The notes below the pieces were generated by a model that was given only the letters and a program-made list of their open reading frames with translations, searched no databases and was not told the DNA's origin. From Octopus vulgaris (taxonomy: Eukaryota): a stretch of DNA of 64,000 nt. Where the stretch lies: NCBI GenBank assembly GCA_951406725.2, contig OX597815.1, positions 62,558,001 to 62,622,000 on the forward strand. Direction: 5' to 3'. Positions 26,276 to 38,769 of the stretch are shown here, piece after piece (the stretch's first letter is position 1; each line of letters starts with the position of its first letter). The position numbers were made by a program, and so were the translations under genes.

Positions 26276-26772
26276 TCAGATGAATATGGTACTTAGGTTG
26301 AGGGAGCAGAATTTAGTACGGTATTATCCATACGATTTCAAAATAAGGTGATTAAAATCAACAAATGGCCGATAGAATACGTACTAGATTTTAAAAAGAT
26401 GGATTTGTTCAACTAGACCTTGCGTGGCTGTAATAAAAAATATGACTGGAAAAAATGAAAATAAAAAGGAATGAATAAAAGGAAAAAGATGGGGAAAACA
26501 AAGAGGGCAAAATTATTCTTGTTAGTCTGATTTAACAGGTTGGAGTATCCCTTCTTCCAGAGTTACAACCAAATTGATATATAAGATTGAGTAAACAAAC
26601 GAAAGAAAAATGCGCTCAGCATATTTAGTGGGGATTGTATATATCATTATTTAAAACAGTTTAAACAAAGCACTAAATACCAATCAATGAATGATGAAGA
26701 ATTTAGCAGCGGACAAATTTTTTTTACTACTGGTGTGATACAAAGGTACTATCTAACTGAGCACGAAATATG

Positions 26773-26863
<91 letters not shown>

Positions 26864-26936
26864 GTATGTATGCGCGCATGTGTGTGCATGTGTACATATA
26901 AAGCTGGTTTGGTAGGTAGACAGAGATACTGTTAGG

Positions 26937-26996
<60 letters not shown>

Positions 26997-27005
26997 TAGA
27001 TATAT

Positions 27006-27056
<51 letters not shown>

Positions 27057-28790
27057 TGTTTCTTTATTAGCCACACAGGGCTGCACACAGATAGAACAAA
27101 TTACAAGGTAGAGCTTTTCTTTTGAAGGTTTAAGAAAAAAAAAAAAAAAAAAGGAAGGGGAGTTTCGATCAAAAGGGATCGTAAAAGGAGAGAAAGAGGA
27201 CAAAAAAAAGGGGGGTTTAAAAAAAGGGGGGAGGAAAAAATTGATCAATAGGGATCGTTATCACAGAAATGTCAATATGAAGTGTAAAGGGGAGGACAGG
27301 TGAGGTTTACCCGTGCAAAGAAAAGCCTACGGAAAAGACCACGGTAACCTCGGTCAATGATGTCACATTTTATATTTCTTTTTTTTTTTTTTTTGCAAAT
27401 AAGCAACTCTCTGTTTTCGATTTCTGGGTTCATAGGACTATGCTCAAGGTGGCTTCGTCATTCATACGTGCCATTCTTGCTACATTCACCCATCTTTTTT
27501 TAAAACATTCGCTAGACAAAACTTGCCTCTCTACTCTCACTTTCCTTTTCAAGTGGTACTTGAAGAAGTTGATGAGAGATTGACCAGAGAGGAAAGTGTT
27601 TGTCTCCAATCCTTTCAGACGCGTCCACCAGATACATTCTTTCGCCATAGCCACAAGGATGATGAAAATAGCTCTTCCTTCCCGTTTGAAGGAAGGAGGC
27701 GTGACAATATTGACGATAGACTCAGCTGATAAACCGACTCGTCCCACACGTGACAGCAGTTGTTCGACATAAGCCCACAGGTCGGAAATTGTTGGACACT
27801 GAACGATTGCGTGCAGAACGGTTTCGTCGCTCTGACCGCATCTCGGGCAGGTCGGCCCCGTGTTTCTCGAGCCGTGTCTGTAGAGCTTATCCCGAACGGG
27901 TAGCGCTTCTCGGTAGCACTGCCAGGCCAGGGATCTCTGGAAGTTGTCCATGGGCCCTGGCCCGAAAGTCGTCCTGAACAGGCGGGTCAGGTACTCCTCG
28001 TCGACGTCCAGGTTCGCCCCGAGCTCGTCGTCGTACCTCCCCTCTACTAAACCCCTATAGAATGCTTTGGTTGTGTTGAAGTCACTTAAGGTCGACCCAG
28101 GACGGCAGAGTTGCTTGAGAGCAACGCGACACTCGCGGTGCCATTCGCCCTTCCTCGGCCTCTTTTTGATCCACGACTGCAGTTCGGTCATGGAGACGAG
28201 CTGCGGGAAAGCGTGCCTCACAAACGGCGACCACACCTGTTCACCGTCGTCTACATAGAGCCAGAGATGCCGCAGTCTCAGCGCGTGTCTGCGCATCATC
28301 AACCACGGCATGCCCAGCCCTCCTTTTAACGGGTGTTGACAGCAAATGGATCGCCTGACCATCGGGACGCATCCTTTCCACAAGAAGCGAAAGAGGATGC
28401 GTTGTAGTTTGGTGATGGTAGGGTCGGGACAAGGTACGACGGTCAGGCGGTAGTAGATGACGGACGCGATGTACGTGTTCGCCACCTCCGCTCGACCTTT
28501 TAGGGACAGTTTCCTCTCGGCCCATTGCCGGGCGAGAGTGACCACCCTACTCGTTATCTCGTTCCAGTTCTTCTCCACTTGGAGGTCCGGACCAAACCAG
28601 ACCCCGAGCAACTCAACTGGGCCGTCGGTCCAGCGTCCCACGACGGAGGCGCTGGTGGACGGCATGGGCTTGCTTCTCCAGGTGCCTAGTCGCAAGCCCA
28701 CTGACTTTTCCCGGTTGATTTTCGCTCCTGTCACCGCTTCGTAGTTTTTCAGTGTCTCGCCGACCAGCTCGATGTGCTCGTGGCTAGACA
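27057..28790 (-). mobile_element. Tx1/L1-clade LINE, 5'-truncated, inserted in (GATA)n
   Basis: Uninterrupted ORF2 C-terminus, a ~370-bp 3' UTR ending gcagccctgtgtggctaataaagaaac, and (GATA)n on both sides. Confidence 0.92.
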
Positions 28791-28791
28791 T
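27430..28791 (-). CDS. Tx1-type ORF2 C-terminal fragment (RT end, thumb, zf-RVT CCHC)
   Basis: 453 aa without a stop: GAKINREKS, LLGVWF, LSLKGRAEVANTY, GGLGMP, CPRCGQSDETVLHAIVQC. The ATG is fortuitous at the truncation junction. Confidence 0.9.
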   Translation of the reverse strand: MSSHEHIELVGETLKNYEAVTGAKINREKSVGLRLGTWRSKPMPSTSASVVGRWTDGPVELLGVWFGPDLQVEKNWNEITSRVVTLARQWAERKLSLKGRAEVANTYIASVIYYRLTVVPCPDPTITKLQRILFRFLWKGCVPMVRRSICCQHPLKGGLGMPWLMMRRHALRLRHLWLYVDDGEQVWSPFVRHAFPQLVSMTELQSWIKKRPRKGEWHRECRVALKQLCRPGSTLSDFNTTKAFYRGLVEGRYDDELGANLDVDEEYLTRLFRTTFGPGPMDNFQRSLAWQCYREALPVRDKLYRHGSRNTGPTCPRCGQSDETVLHAIVQCPTISDLWAYVEQLLSRVGRVGLSAESIVNIVTPPSFKREGRAIFIILVAMAKECIWWTRLKGLETNTFLSGQSLINFFKYHLKRKVRVERQVLSSECFKKRWVNVARMARMNDEATLSIVL

Positions 28792-28811
28792 AGATAGATA
28801 GATAGACAGAA

Positions 28812-29043
28812 AGGCGGCGAGCTGGCAGAAACGTTAGAACGCCGGGCAAAATGCTTAGCAGTATTTCATCTGGCGTTACGTTCTGAGTTCAAATTCCGCC
28901 GAGTTCGACTTTGCCATTCATCCTTTCGGGGTCGATAAATTAAGTACCAGTTACGAATTGGGTTCGATGTAATCGACTTAATCCACGTGTCTGTCCTTGT
29001 TTGTCCTCTTTACGTTTAGCCCCTTGTGGGCAATAAGAAATAA
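28812..29043 (+). mobile_element. SINE family B, full length, with Tx1-like 3' tail
   Basis: tRNA-like head (box A tggcagaaacg, box B gagttcaaattcc), central tcatcctttcggggtcgataaattaagtaccag, tail ccttgtttgtcctctttacgtttagccccttgtgggcaataagaaat. Confidence 0.9.
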
Positions 29044-30212
29044 GATAGATAGATAGATAGATAGACAGATAGACAGAAAGTTAGGTTTATATACACATAG
29101 AAACAACGACATAAGTGTTAAGTTATTCAATCTGAAAATGGTCTAGTTCTACACCACCCATTTATGTATCACTGACAAGAGTCAACATGTACAGTGATAA
29201 AGATCGTGAAATTCTTATGGATATAATTTCATTGTTAGTGTCTTACATTTCAAGCCTCACAATAAATCTCAATAAAACTTTGTTTATCTTCTCTATACGA
29301 GAAAGAATCCCGCCGAGGCTAAAATAATGCTGTATGATAAAGCTTAAAAATAAAACAACAAAAAGCCATATCTTTTTCATCCACTTCGTCTGCATATTGA
29401 ACAAGGAACTGAATCCTAATGAAGAAGCTAAAGAGTTCAGAAACCATGGCTACCATTCGGAAAGTTACAATCTTCCTTACAGTGCAATCGTGGAACCATA
29501 TGGATGAAATATTTTATTCACTCTCAGGTTAATCTTGGAGTACTTCATTCTTTAGTACCTTTAGTGGCTAGAAAGGTTTTTTTTAAGCGTGAGATCTCTT
29601 CAATCTCAGTCACAGACATTTTAAATTAATATTTTGAAACTAAACAGTTTGAAACTTCGGATACTGGTTGAATGTGTCACGTGGAACAAGGTTTATTCTC
29701 AATGTTTTTGACAAAATTTTGTATTTTAGAAGTTATTTCGTGTTAAAGTTGTTGTATTTGGGTAATTTTAAACAATCAATGACGTGTATTCAGCTGAAGA
29801 AAGTTACTGCTGTTTTAATGTTCAATTTGTAGCCACGCTTGTCTTTTAAGACTGGTCTTGTTAACATTTAAAGTGTACATGAACTAGAGCGAGCTACTAA
29901 TTAATCATTGCAATCAGAAATGTCATATATCTGTCAATCTTGTGATATTTGTTTTTTCTCTGGTGGTAGTCTACAGAGACATGTGTCTGTATCGAAGTCA
30001 GATACCATGATTCTGCATTGCATTTAACTGAAAGGAGATATTTATATGGTAGTTGTGGTATAAACTACAAATAATCAGTTGAACTAAAATGTCATCGTTG
30101 CCTTGTGGATCAGTGAGAAGTAATGGTCCTTTCTCATTACTGAATTGATCTCTATCAAATCGTCATGCATGTTATGTATATATGTAAGCATCTACGTACA
30201 TACACATGTATG

Positions 30213-30632
30213 TAGCGCTGGATTAATCATTAAGCAAAATAGGCACGTGCTTAGAGCACCAAGGGAAGCGGGGGAAGCACAGAAACGGGAAATGGATTAG
30301 GCAAAAAAGAGATCACTTTAAACTTTCTAACATTCGAAGAGATTTACATGATCGGAAATATAATTTCAAAGTGTTTATAGTGTCATAGTGAGGATCTGAT
30401 CAAAGAGTTTGCAATTAAAAATAAAAGCAGAAGAAAGCTTTTTAAATATGAATAAAGTGGAAGTATACAAAAAACAAACATTATTTTCCTGCTTACCGTT
30501 AGTTTTGTTTCATTTAGAAATACAGAATTTTGTTTTATGGTTTATTATTGTTTATATCTTGAATTAAATATACATGGGGGCACCAAAATCTTTTAAGACG
30601 TTAACCTCCTTAAGGGTCTTAATTCGGCCCTG
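30213..30632 (+). mobile_element. Non-autonomous hAT element (internal-deletion derivative)
   Basis: TIRs TAGCGCTGGATTAA / TTAATTCGGCCCTG and a degenerate 8-bp TSD catgtatg/tatgcatg. An internal remnant DLIKEFAIKNKSRRKLF* resembles the hAT dimerisation-domain end. Confidence 0.65.
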
Positions 30633-31150
30633 TATGCATGTCTTCATGTACGTATGTGTGTATGCATTAGTAGATGTATGCATGTATGTAAGTGCCAATA
30701 TATTAATGTATGTGTGTGTGTATGTATGAATGTGCATTTATGGAACACCCACTTCTATTTGGGTGATTCCCAAACATCGGGACAACCTACGGGATCATAG
30801 CTTCGCCTCCCATTTCACTTTCTGTTGCAAAATCCCGGAGAACGGGTTCATGAAGACCAATTTCCACAGGGAACTCCCTGAACAAAATTCATCCCAACCA
30901 ACCAGTACTCATCGTGGTTGTTTAGAAACAACATTCAAATCTAAAATTTACTCATATATGAATGTGTGTATGCACGTATGTATATTGTATGTTTGCATAT
31001 GTGTGTATGTATGTGTGTGTATGTGTGTGTGTGTGTCTATATATATATAGATATATAATAAAAATTGGTCAATATGTAATATATATATAAATATATACGA
31101 CTGAGTGTACAAAGGAAAGGAGGGCATTCAACCAATGTACTAGGAGTTAC

Positions 31151-31239
31151 ATTCAAATTCGTTGGTAATCTTGATTTTCAAGCGCGATGCTAGTCATCAG
31201 CATCGCGCTTGAAACTCAAGAGTACAAACGAATTTGAAT
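31151..31239. repeat. 89-nt near-perfect hairpin
   Basis: Arms attcaaattcgtt..tcttga.tttcaagcgcgatgct / agcatcgcgcttgaaa.tcaaga..aacgaatttgaat with a 7-nt loop. Confidence 0.85.
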
Positions 31240-31257
31240 CAAATTTTTTTCATACAA

Positions 31258-31424
31258 TAGGCGCAGGAGTGGCTGTGTGGTAAGTAGCTTGTTTACTAAC
31301 CACATGGTTCCGGGTTCAGTCCCACTGCGCGGCACATTGGGCAAGTGTCTCCTACTATAGCCTCGGGCCAACCAAAGCCTTGTGAGTGGATTTGGTAGAC
31401 GGAAACTGAAAGAAGCCCGTCGTA

Positions 31425-31468
<44 letters not shown>

Positions 31469-31692
31469 TGTGTGTTTGTGTGTCTGTGTTTGTCCCCCTA
31501 GCATTGCTTGACAACCGATGCTGGTGTGTTTGTGTCCCCGTTACTTAGCGGTTCGGCAAAAGAGACCGATAGAATAAATACTGGGCTTACAAAAGAATAA
31601 GTCGCAGGTCGAGTTGTTCGATTAAAGGCGGTGCTCCAGCATGGCCGCTGTCAAATGACTGAAATAAGTAAAAGAATAAAAGAATAAAGAAA
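31258..31692 (+). mobile_element. SINE family A, full length
   Basis: Head aggcgcaggagtggctgtgtggtaag (box A) and gggttcagtccc (box B); internal (TA)n(TG)n; tail ggcggtgctccagcatggccgctgtcaaatgactgaaataagtaaaagaataaaagaat. Confidence 0.92.
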
Positions 31693-31755
31693 AACATACA
31701 ATATACATACTATACATACGAGCATACACACATTCACATATGAGTAAATTTAAGA

Positions 31756-32162
31756 TAGGCGCAGGAGTGGATGTGAGGTAAGTAGCTTGCTTACGAACCA
31801 CATGGTTCCGGGTTCATCCTCACTGCGTGGCACCTTGGGCAAGTATCTTCTACTATAGCCTCCGGCCGACCATGGCCTTGTGAGTGGATTTGGTAGACGG
31901 AAACTGTTAGAAGCCCGTCGTATATATGTATATATACATATATATATGTGTGTGTGTGTGTGTATGTTTGTGTGTCTGTGTTTGTCCCCCCCCCCCAACA
32001 TCGCTTGACAACCGATGCTGGTGTGTTTACGTCCCCCTAACTTAGTGGTTCGGCAAAAGAGACCGATGGAATAAGTACTAGACTTCCAAAGAATAAGTCC
32101 TGAGGTCGATTTGCTCGACTAAAGGCGGTGCTCCAGCATGGCCGCAATTAAATAACTGAAAC
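31756..32162 (+). mobile_element. SINE family A, full length
   Basis: Same structure as the 31258 copy. Confidence 0.92.
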
Positions 32163-32741
32163 ATATATATATATATATATATATATATAGCAAAAATCAA
32201 GTTGTTCATTGAAACAATTAAAGATACGGGACACTTGATCATGGAGCAACTCTCGTCAGCGATGAGGATCTGAATAAGCGTAGTTTCAGCGCTTTTAAGT
32301 TCCGAAGATTTTATTCGTATCGGACTACTTCTCTGGTTACATCACTGTAAGTGCAAATATCATTGAAGTAGTAAACGTTGCAAAAAGCCTTGAAATGTTA
32401 AGGACAACGCATCCGAGACGAAAAAGTGATGACGGATATATGTAGTACAGTTTACACATGTTATACAATTTGATAAACATGTAATAGATGTAATGTGGCT
32501 TAATACACTTACATGTGACAGAGTTCAATAAAAGATATATTGTAGCCTTTTTGGCAGAAAACGGAACGAATAAAAATTTGTCAAAACGGTATTTGTACGA
32601 AGGAATTTAGAATCATTACGTTTGTCGCCTATATGAATGTGAAGGAAGGACAAAAATTTGAGAACGTAGCATCTGAATGACGGTCGCGATCAGAAAGAAC
32701 ACAAGAAATAAATTGGTTGGAGGAAACATGAAAGGGGAATG

Positions 32742-32773
<32 letters not shown>

Positions 32774-32896
32774 TGTATGTATGTATGTATGTGTGTATGT
32801 ATGTATGTATGTATGTATGTATGTACCTGTGTATATATATATATATATATATACATATATATATTGTACATATATATATACATATATATGTGTGTG

Positions 32897-32949
<53 letters not shown>

Positions 32950-33774
32950 TGTGAGTATGCGCGTGTGTGTGTAACTTCGAAAAATTACAGTTTGGCCACA
33001 TCTTTACTGACCATTCCCTGTATCGGTGACACCTGTTCAAAGCAGGAATGTAATTAGCTCATTTTTAATATTTAATTCGTTCCCCGAGTCTCAACGTTTT
33101 TGCCTTAGAATCACTTGTCGGATGATATCCGTACATGCAGGCATATATGTAAGGCTACACAGACACATCATGCACCTGAGTGAATATACACACATACACG
33201 CAAACAGATCGATATTTAATGCATCGATTTCTGTTCACCAAGCTGATAGTAGTGTTTTATATTTAAAGAAATGTAGTAGATTCCATTCAACCGATGTTAA
33301 ATTATCACTAATCGATTGGCAGAGATGGTGTTTATAAAAACATTTTCTATGTATCATCCTGTGTTGCACCTGGATATATCGTCAGTAATGTTTCCTGAAG
33401 TCATTGGGCGTTTTGTGCCATTCAAATATCACTCAGGTGACTAGACCGAGGTTGATCAAGCCTTCAGTTTGTGTCCAGTTATTACTACCCCTGAGAGCTC
33501 TGGCCTCTTTAAAGGCTTGCATCTCTTGATTCACAGCCACCTTGTGGCAACCTTTATTACTTTCACAGCCAACTTGATGGACCAGAAAAGCGGACTAAAT
33601 ACTTAGATGTGAGTTTCGAAGTAAAACTATTGCTCCGGTCAACATTATATAGTTGCAATATTTAAACTTTACAACACGGGAAGATGATACTAAATGCTGT
33701 GAGTCTTTTTGTGGGATTTGGTGTCTTGCCGTCTTACTAATATTCTAATCATTAATTAGACATCGGACCACAAA

Positions 33775-34200
33775 TATCTTTTATCGTTTACTTGTTTCAG
33801 TTATTAGAATGCGGCTATGCTGGCACACCGCCTTTAGGAATATTTTTAGTCGAATAAATCGATCCCAATATTTATTTTGTTTTTAAACCTGGTACTTATT
33901 CTATCGGTCTCTTTTGACTGACCGCTTTGTTACGGGTGCGTAAATATACCAACATCGGTTGTCAAGTAATGGTGGGGGACAAACACAGACACAAAGACAC
34001 ATACACACGCAGACATGCATACACACACACACACAAACACATATATACAACGAGCTTCTTTTAGTTTCCGTCTTCTAAAGCCACTCACAATGCTCAGGCC
34101 GGCCCGAGGCATAGGAAAAAACACTTGCTGAAGAGACTTGTGGGACTGAACCCAGAACAATGTGGCTGGGAAGCAAGATTCTTACCACAGAGCTACGCCC
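33775..34200 (-). mobile_element. SINE family A, diverged
   Basis: Both halves are recognisable on the reverse strand. Confidence 0.8.
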
Positions 34201-34767
34201 GAGCCTCCACACAACTACACCTGTACCAAAAGTAAAATTAATACGTCTACCCTTGTTATGTGTTTCAAACGCCTTAGCTAAATAAATGAATTTAAGCCTC
34301 AATCGCTACGCGAAGGCTGCCATCTACATTATATACCCTCTGACGTCCATAAAATATCTGTTATACGCTACAGCTGATTTAATTGCCTCCTAGTTCCGCC
34401 TCTACACACTCACACACGCACGACAATAAATAAAACTACATAAAAATAAAAATAAATTGACCTTGTACCTAATTAACAAATCAATATCTAATTTATTATC
34501 AATATATATTTCAGATCCTAATTAGCTCAGAATGAAATGGCGGTGGGCTAATTGAATTTTGCCTTCATGACTACTCATAATAGTAAACAAAGGGAGTTTA
34601 TAGCAATTAGCCCCGTTGTTATCTCTATTGTCTTTTCACATCAGAACAATGGATAGGACGCTGATAAAAAAAAAAAACAGAACATAATAATAATAATAGT
34701 AATATACTTTACACTATTGCTTGCTGATCTCAAGGTTCTGAGTTCAAATGGCAACCAAATAAAATGC

Positions 34768-34851
<84 letters not shown>

Positions 34852-35479
34852 AAGTTGAAAACGCACAGAGATGCGTTCAGAATTTTTATTTAAAATCTTT
34901 TAAAAATCTAACCAGTTTTATAGATTTCTTTGATTTTCAAAAGTTGAGACAGAAAGACGTGGAGCTATGCAGTAGCTGTCTTGTTTCTGACTGGAGTTCA
35001 TAAATTCTCTTATTTTTAAAGAGGCTCGAATTAGAATTTGTTTTGGCTACGTTTTGTTTGCCCGAGGATGAACCGCAATTTCTACAATATACTGTGTACT
35101 GCAAACGATTAGATCGAAGTGTGCTGTAGCATGACAAGTCTGGTGTTTTAACCTGATTTAAAACTTTCTGAAGTGCAAGCCTGTTCGTCATATTACAGCA
35201 CAATTATATTTATGGCAGTATGTATGTATGTATGCCATCATTCAGTTGTATTTCAAGATATCTTGCCAATAGAGAATCGGTTACTAGCTCAGATCCAAGG
35301 CTCCTTCATTAGAATTTCAACAACATAAACAAGGTAATTTTCTATGTATGTATGTATGTATGTATGTATGTATGTATGTATGTACGTATATGTGTGTGAA
35401 GATTTGTATGTTTTGTTTTATGTATGTATTTTTATGCACATAGTTGCATGTCTAGACATGCTCATGTATACAGATTTTA

Positions 35480-36870
35480 CAGTTCAAGTGATAGCTTGGA
35501 TCTATAGTCTTCGAATCAGCTTTCTCCTTTCTGGTTTTGAGAAGCCTAAATTGGTACTTAGGCAGTGTGTCACATATCCCAGTGCCCCAATAATTACAGG
35601 TATAAACTTAAGCTTCTAATCTGGATAGAGTAGCTGTAGATTCCTCAATGGTTCAGCATAGGAAGTGTCTTTATCACTGATCTTTAGCGTTATGCTAACA
35701 TTTGATGGGCAGCTGATTTCTACAACTGTACACAGCTCCTCTTCTCTATCCCAAATTACTATGTCAGGTATTTTTTATGTTTACACTTTCTTGAGGTTTT
35801 CACTGGGAATCCTTTTCATTATGAGTGGCTATGGCTTCTACCATACCTTCCGACAGATCTCATGATACAATGTTTTAGTTACATTATCATCTCTCGTTGG
35901 TAGATAATAACATGATGAAAATTTCGGACAACTGCTTATGATATGGGTGATATCTTTGGCGTTAACCCCATGAAGTCTACATCGGTTATCATATTTTGGT
36001 GTTTTTCTTGCATCTCTGTTCCTCTTATGCATCGAGTATTTGGTTGATATTTCCTGTTCCTGAATTACAAACGCGTTCCTTTCAAAGTGGAAGTTAGTAA
36101 TCCGGTTGTTGGTACATAATATACTGCTTTGCTGATCAATGTTACTATCATCCCGGAGCTTTCTACTGACATATCCATGCCTAGTTTTCTGCTGATATAC
36201 ACTCATCCTTTCATCTGATGATATGTTGCGACTTCTTTGGGTATGTATCAGATAAAGAATGCTGCTCAAGGAGCTGCTTTCCAAGTCTCACGATGTTATC
36301 AGCCTCATGTATGCAAATTTGTTCAAGGGATTCACTTCGATACATGGTGGTTAAAAGATGTTACAACATTCAAAGGCAGTCTGAATTTATGTTAATCTAC
36401 TGCTGCCTTGTTTACATTTTCGGTAGATACAGTCTACGTCACTATTGATGTGGAAATTATGCGTGCTGATTAGTATCATATCTTCCGCATTATTACATCA
36501 ATGGTTCAGATCTCATCAAGTATCCCAAATGTTGGTATGAGTATTGGCACTGTAAACACATTGTGGGCCACTATTTTATTGAATGCAGGAAGTTCCGAGG
36601 TACAAATTACCTTTATTCGGCTGTAAAATTCTTTAGTGACACGTGTCATGTTAGAGGTGCCATCGCAAGATATGTTTTCATCCACCCTAAGGTCCCTGTT
36701 ACATTTCTCGTCAGATAACGGGGAAACAGTTATGATGAAGATGTGGTTAATCTGTTTTACAGTTTTCCCTCTTTTTACAACCATATAGCAACATTTATCC
36801 TCACCAAAATCCAAACCAGTATCCTTTGAAAATATTGTAACCAGGTCAAGGGTCTTTTTCATCTCATGCA
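35480..36870 (-). mobile_element. R4/Dong-like LINE fragment (RT end, CCHC, restriction-like endonuclease), decayed
   Basis: FSKDTGLDFGEDKC, FTVPILIPTFGI, FVIQEQEISTK, CRLHG..DITHIISSC..YYLPTRDD, PDIVIWDREEELCTVVEISCP, FIPVIIGALG. Confidence 0.85.
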
Positions 36871-36948
36871 TATTTTTTGCATATACGTTTCAAACCATCC
36901 ACAAAGAAACAGTGTGTATGTGAGCATGTATGTATGTATGTATGTATG

Positions 36949-36982
<34 letters not shown>

Positions 36983-37074
36983 TGTATGTATGTATGCAAG
37001 CATGCATGCATGTATGTATATATACATATATATATATTTATATATATGTACATATACACATAAATATATATATG

Positions 37075-37169
<95 letters not shown>

Positions 37170-37520
37170 CTGTTACTTCTTTCAGTCATTATGCTGCGGC
37201 CATGAGTTTTTAGTCAAATGAATCGACCCCAGTACTTTTTTAAAGCTAAGTACTTATTCTATCGAGTACTTTTGACGAACATCTAAGTTACTGGGACGAA
37301 AACACTCCAATACCGGTTGTTAAGCGGTGGAGTGGGGAACAAGCACATACACAGAGACAAACATTTATTTATATAAACATACGATCTCATCTTTCATTTT
37401 CTATCTACCAAAACCATTGGTCGACCCGCGGAAATAGTAGAAGACACTTACTGAAGGCGCTACGCAATGGGACTGAACCTGAAACAATCTGGTTGGGAAG
37501 CAAACTTCTTAACATACAGT
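37170..37520 (-). mobile_element. SINE family A, diverged
   Basis: rc similarity to the 31258 copy. Confidence 0.75.
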
Positions 37521-37587
37521 TACACACACACACACACCTACACACACATACATACACAACACTCGCATAGATGCATATATGCATATA

Positions 37588-37650
<63 letters not shown>

Positions 37651-37718
37651 ATACATATATACATATATGCATACATTCATACAAACATACATACATAGAT
37701 ACATACATACATACATAC

Positions 37719-37762
<44 letters not shown>

Positions 37763-37928
37763 CCTATGTGTTTGTTTTGCAGGATTCTTGATGTGATAAC
37801 TTATTGAAACAGATATTGTTATACTTGAGGATGATCATATCTTACCAAGTAAATTGCGTGCGTTTAATTTGCCAAAATAAGACCAACCCCATGTTTAACA
37901 ATACACACATACACACAGACACACACTC

Positions 37929-37967
<39 letters not shown>

Positions 37968-38463
37968 CACACACACACACACACACATACACTTAGAGAG
38001 TGAGTGGGAGAGTCAGAGAGTGAAAAATAGATAAATAGATGGATATATACATACACACACATACATACATACATGTACACATACATACATACATACATAC
38101 ATACATACATGCATACATACATATACACATACATACATACATACATACATACATACATACATACATAGGAAAGAATGCAATGCATAGATATTTACATACA
38201 CTCGTACAAATGCGTACACACACATACACACACATACTTAAATATATACATACGATCATAAAATCTACAGTTGAAACTGAGTGTAGGCGGGTATCGGCGA
38301 ATAATCTTGATGAAGTCATTTAATCTTTATTAAGATATTTAATCCTTAAAACTTCCCACCACTCACATCCACAACTATTCATTAGTCTGCTTTAACCTAA
38401 TTTCATCAACATATATTTTCATCCTGACATCTGGGAATAAATTTGCACAAAACTAGCATTCAT

Positions 38464-38549
<86 letters not shown>

Positions 38550-38769
38550 CTCTCTCCTTCCCTCTCCCGTAATACATGCATACATACATACATACCTGCT
38601 AGTAGATATATGCATTTGCAATTTTTCAGTTTTGCAGCATATATGTGCATGCGTGTACGCTTGTTTTCATGTATATATGTATATGTATATGCATATACAC
38701 ATGCGGTGCCCCAGCATGGCCACATCCTCAGTCTGAAACAGATAAAGGAATAGAATATACACAGAGTGC

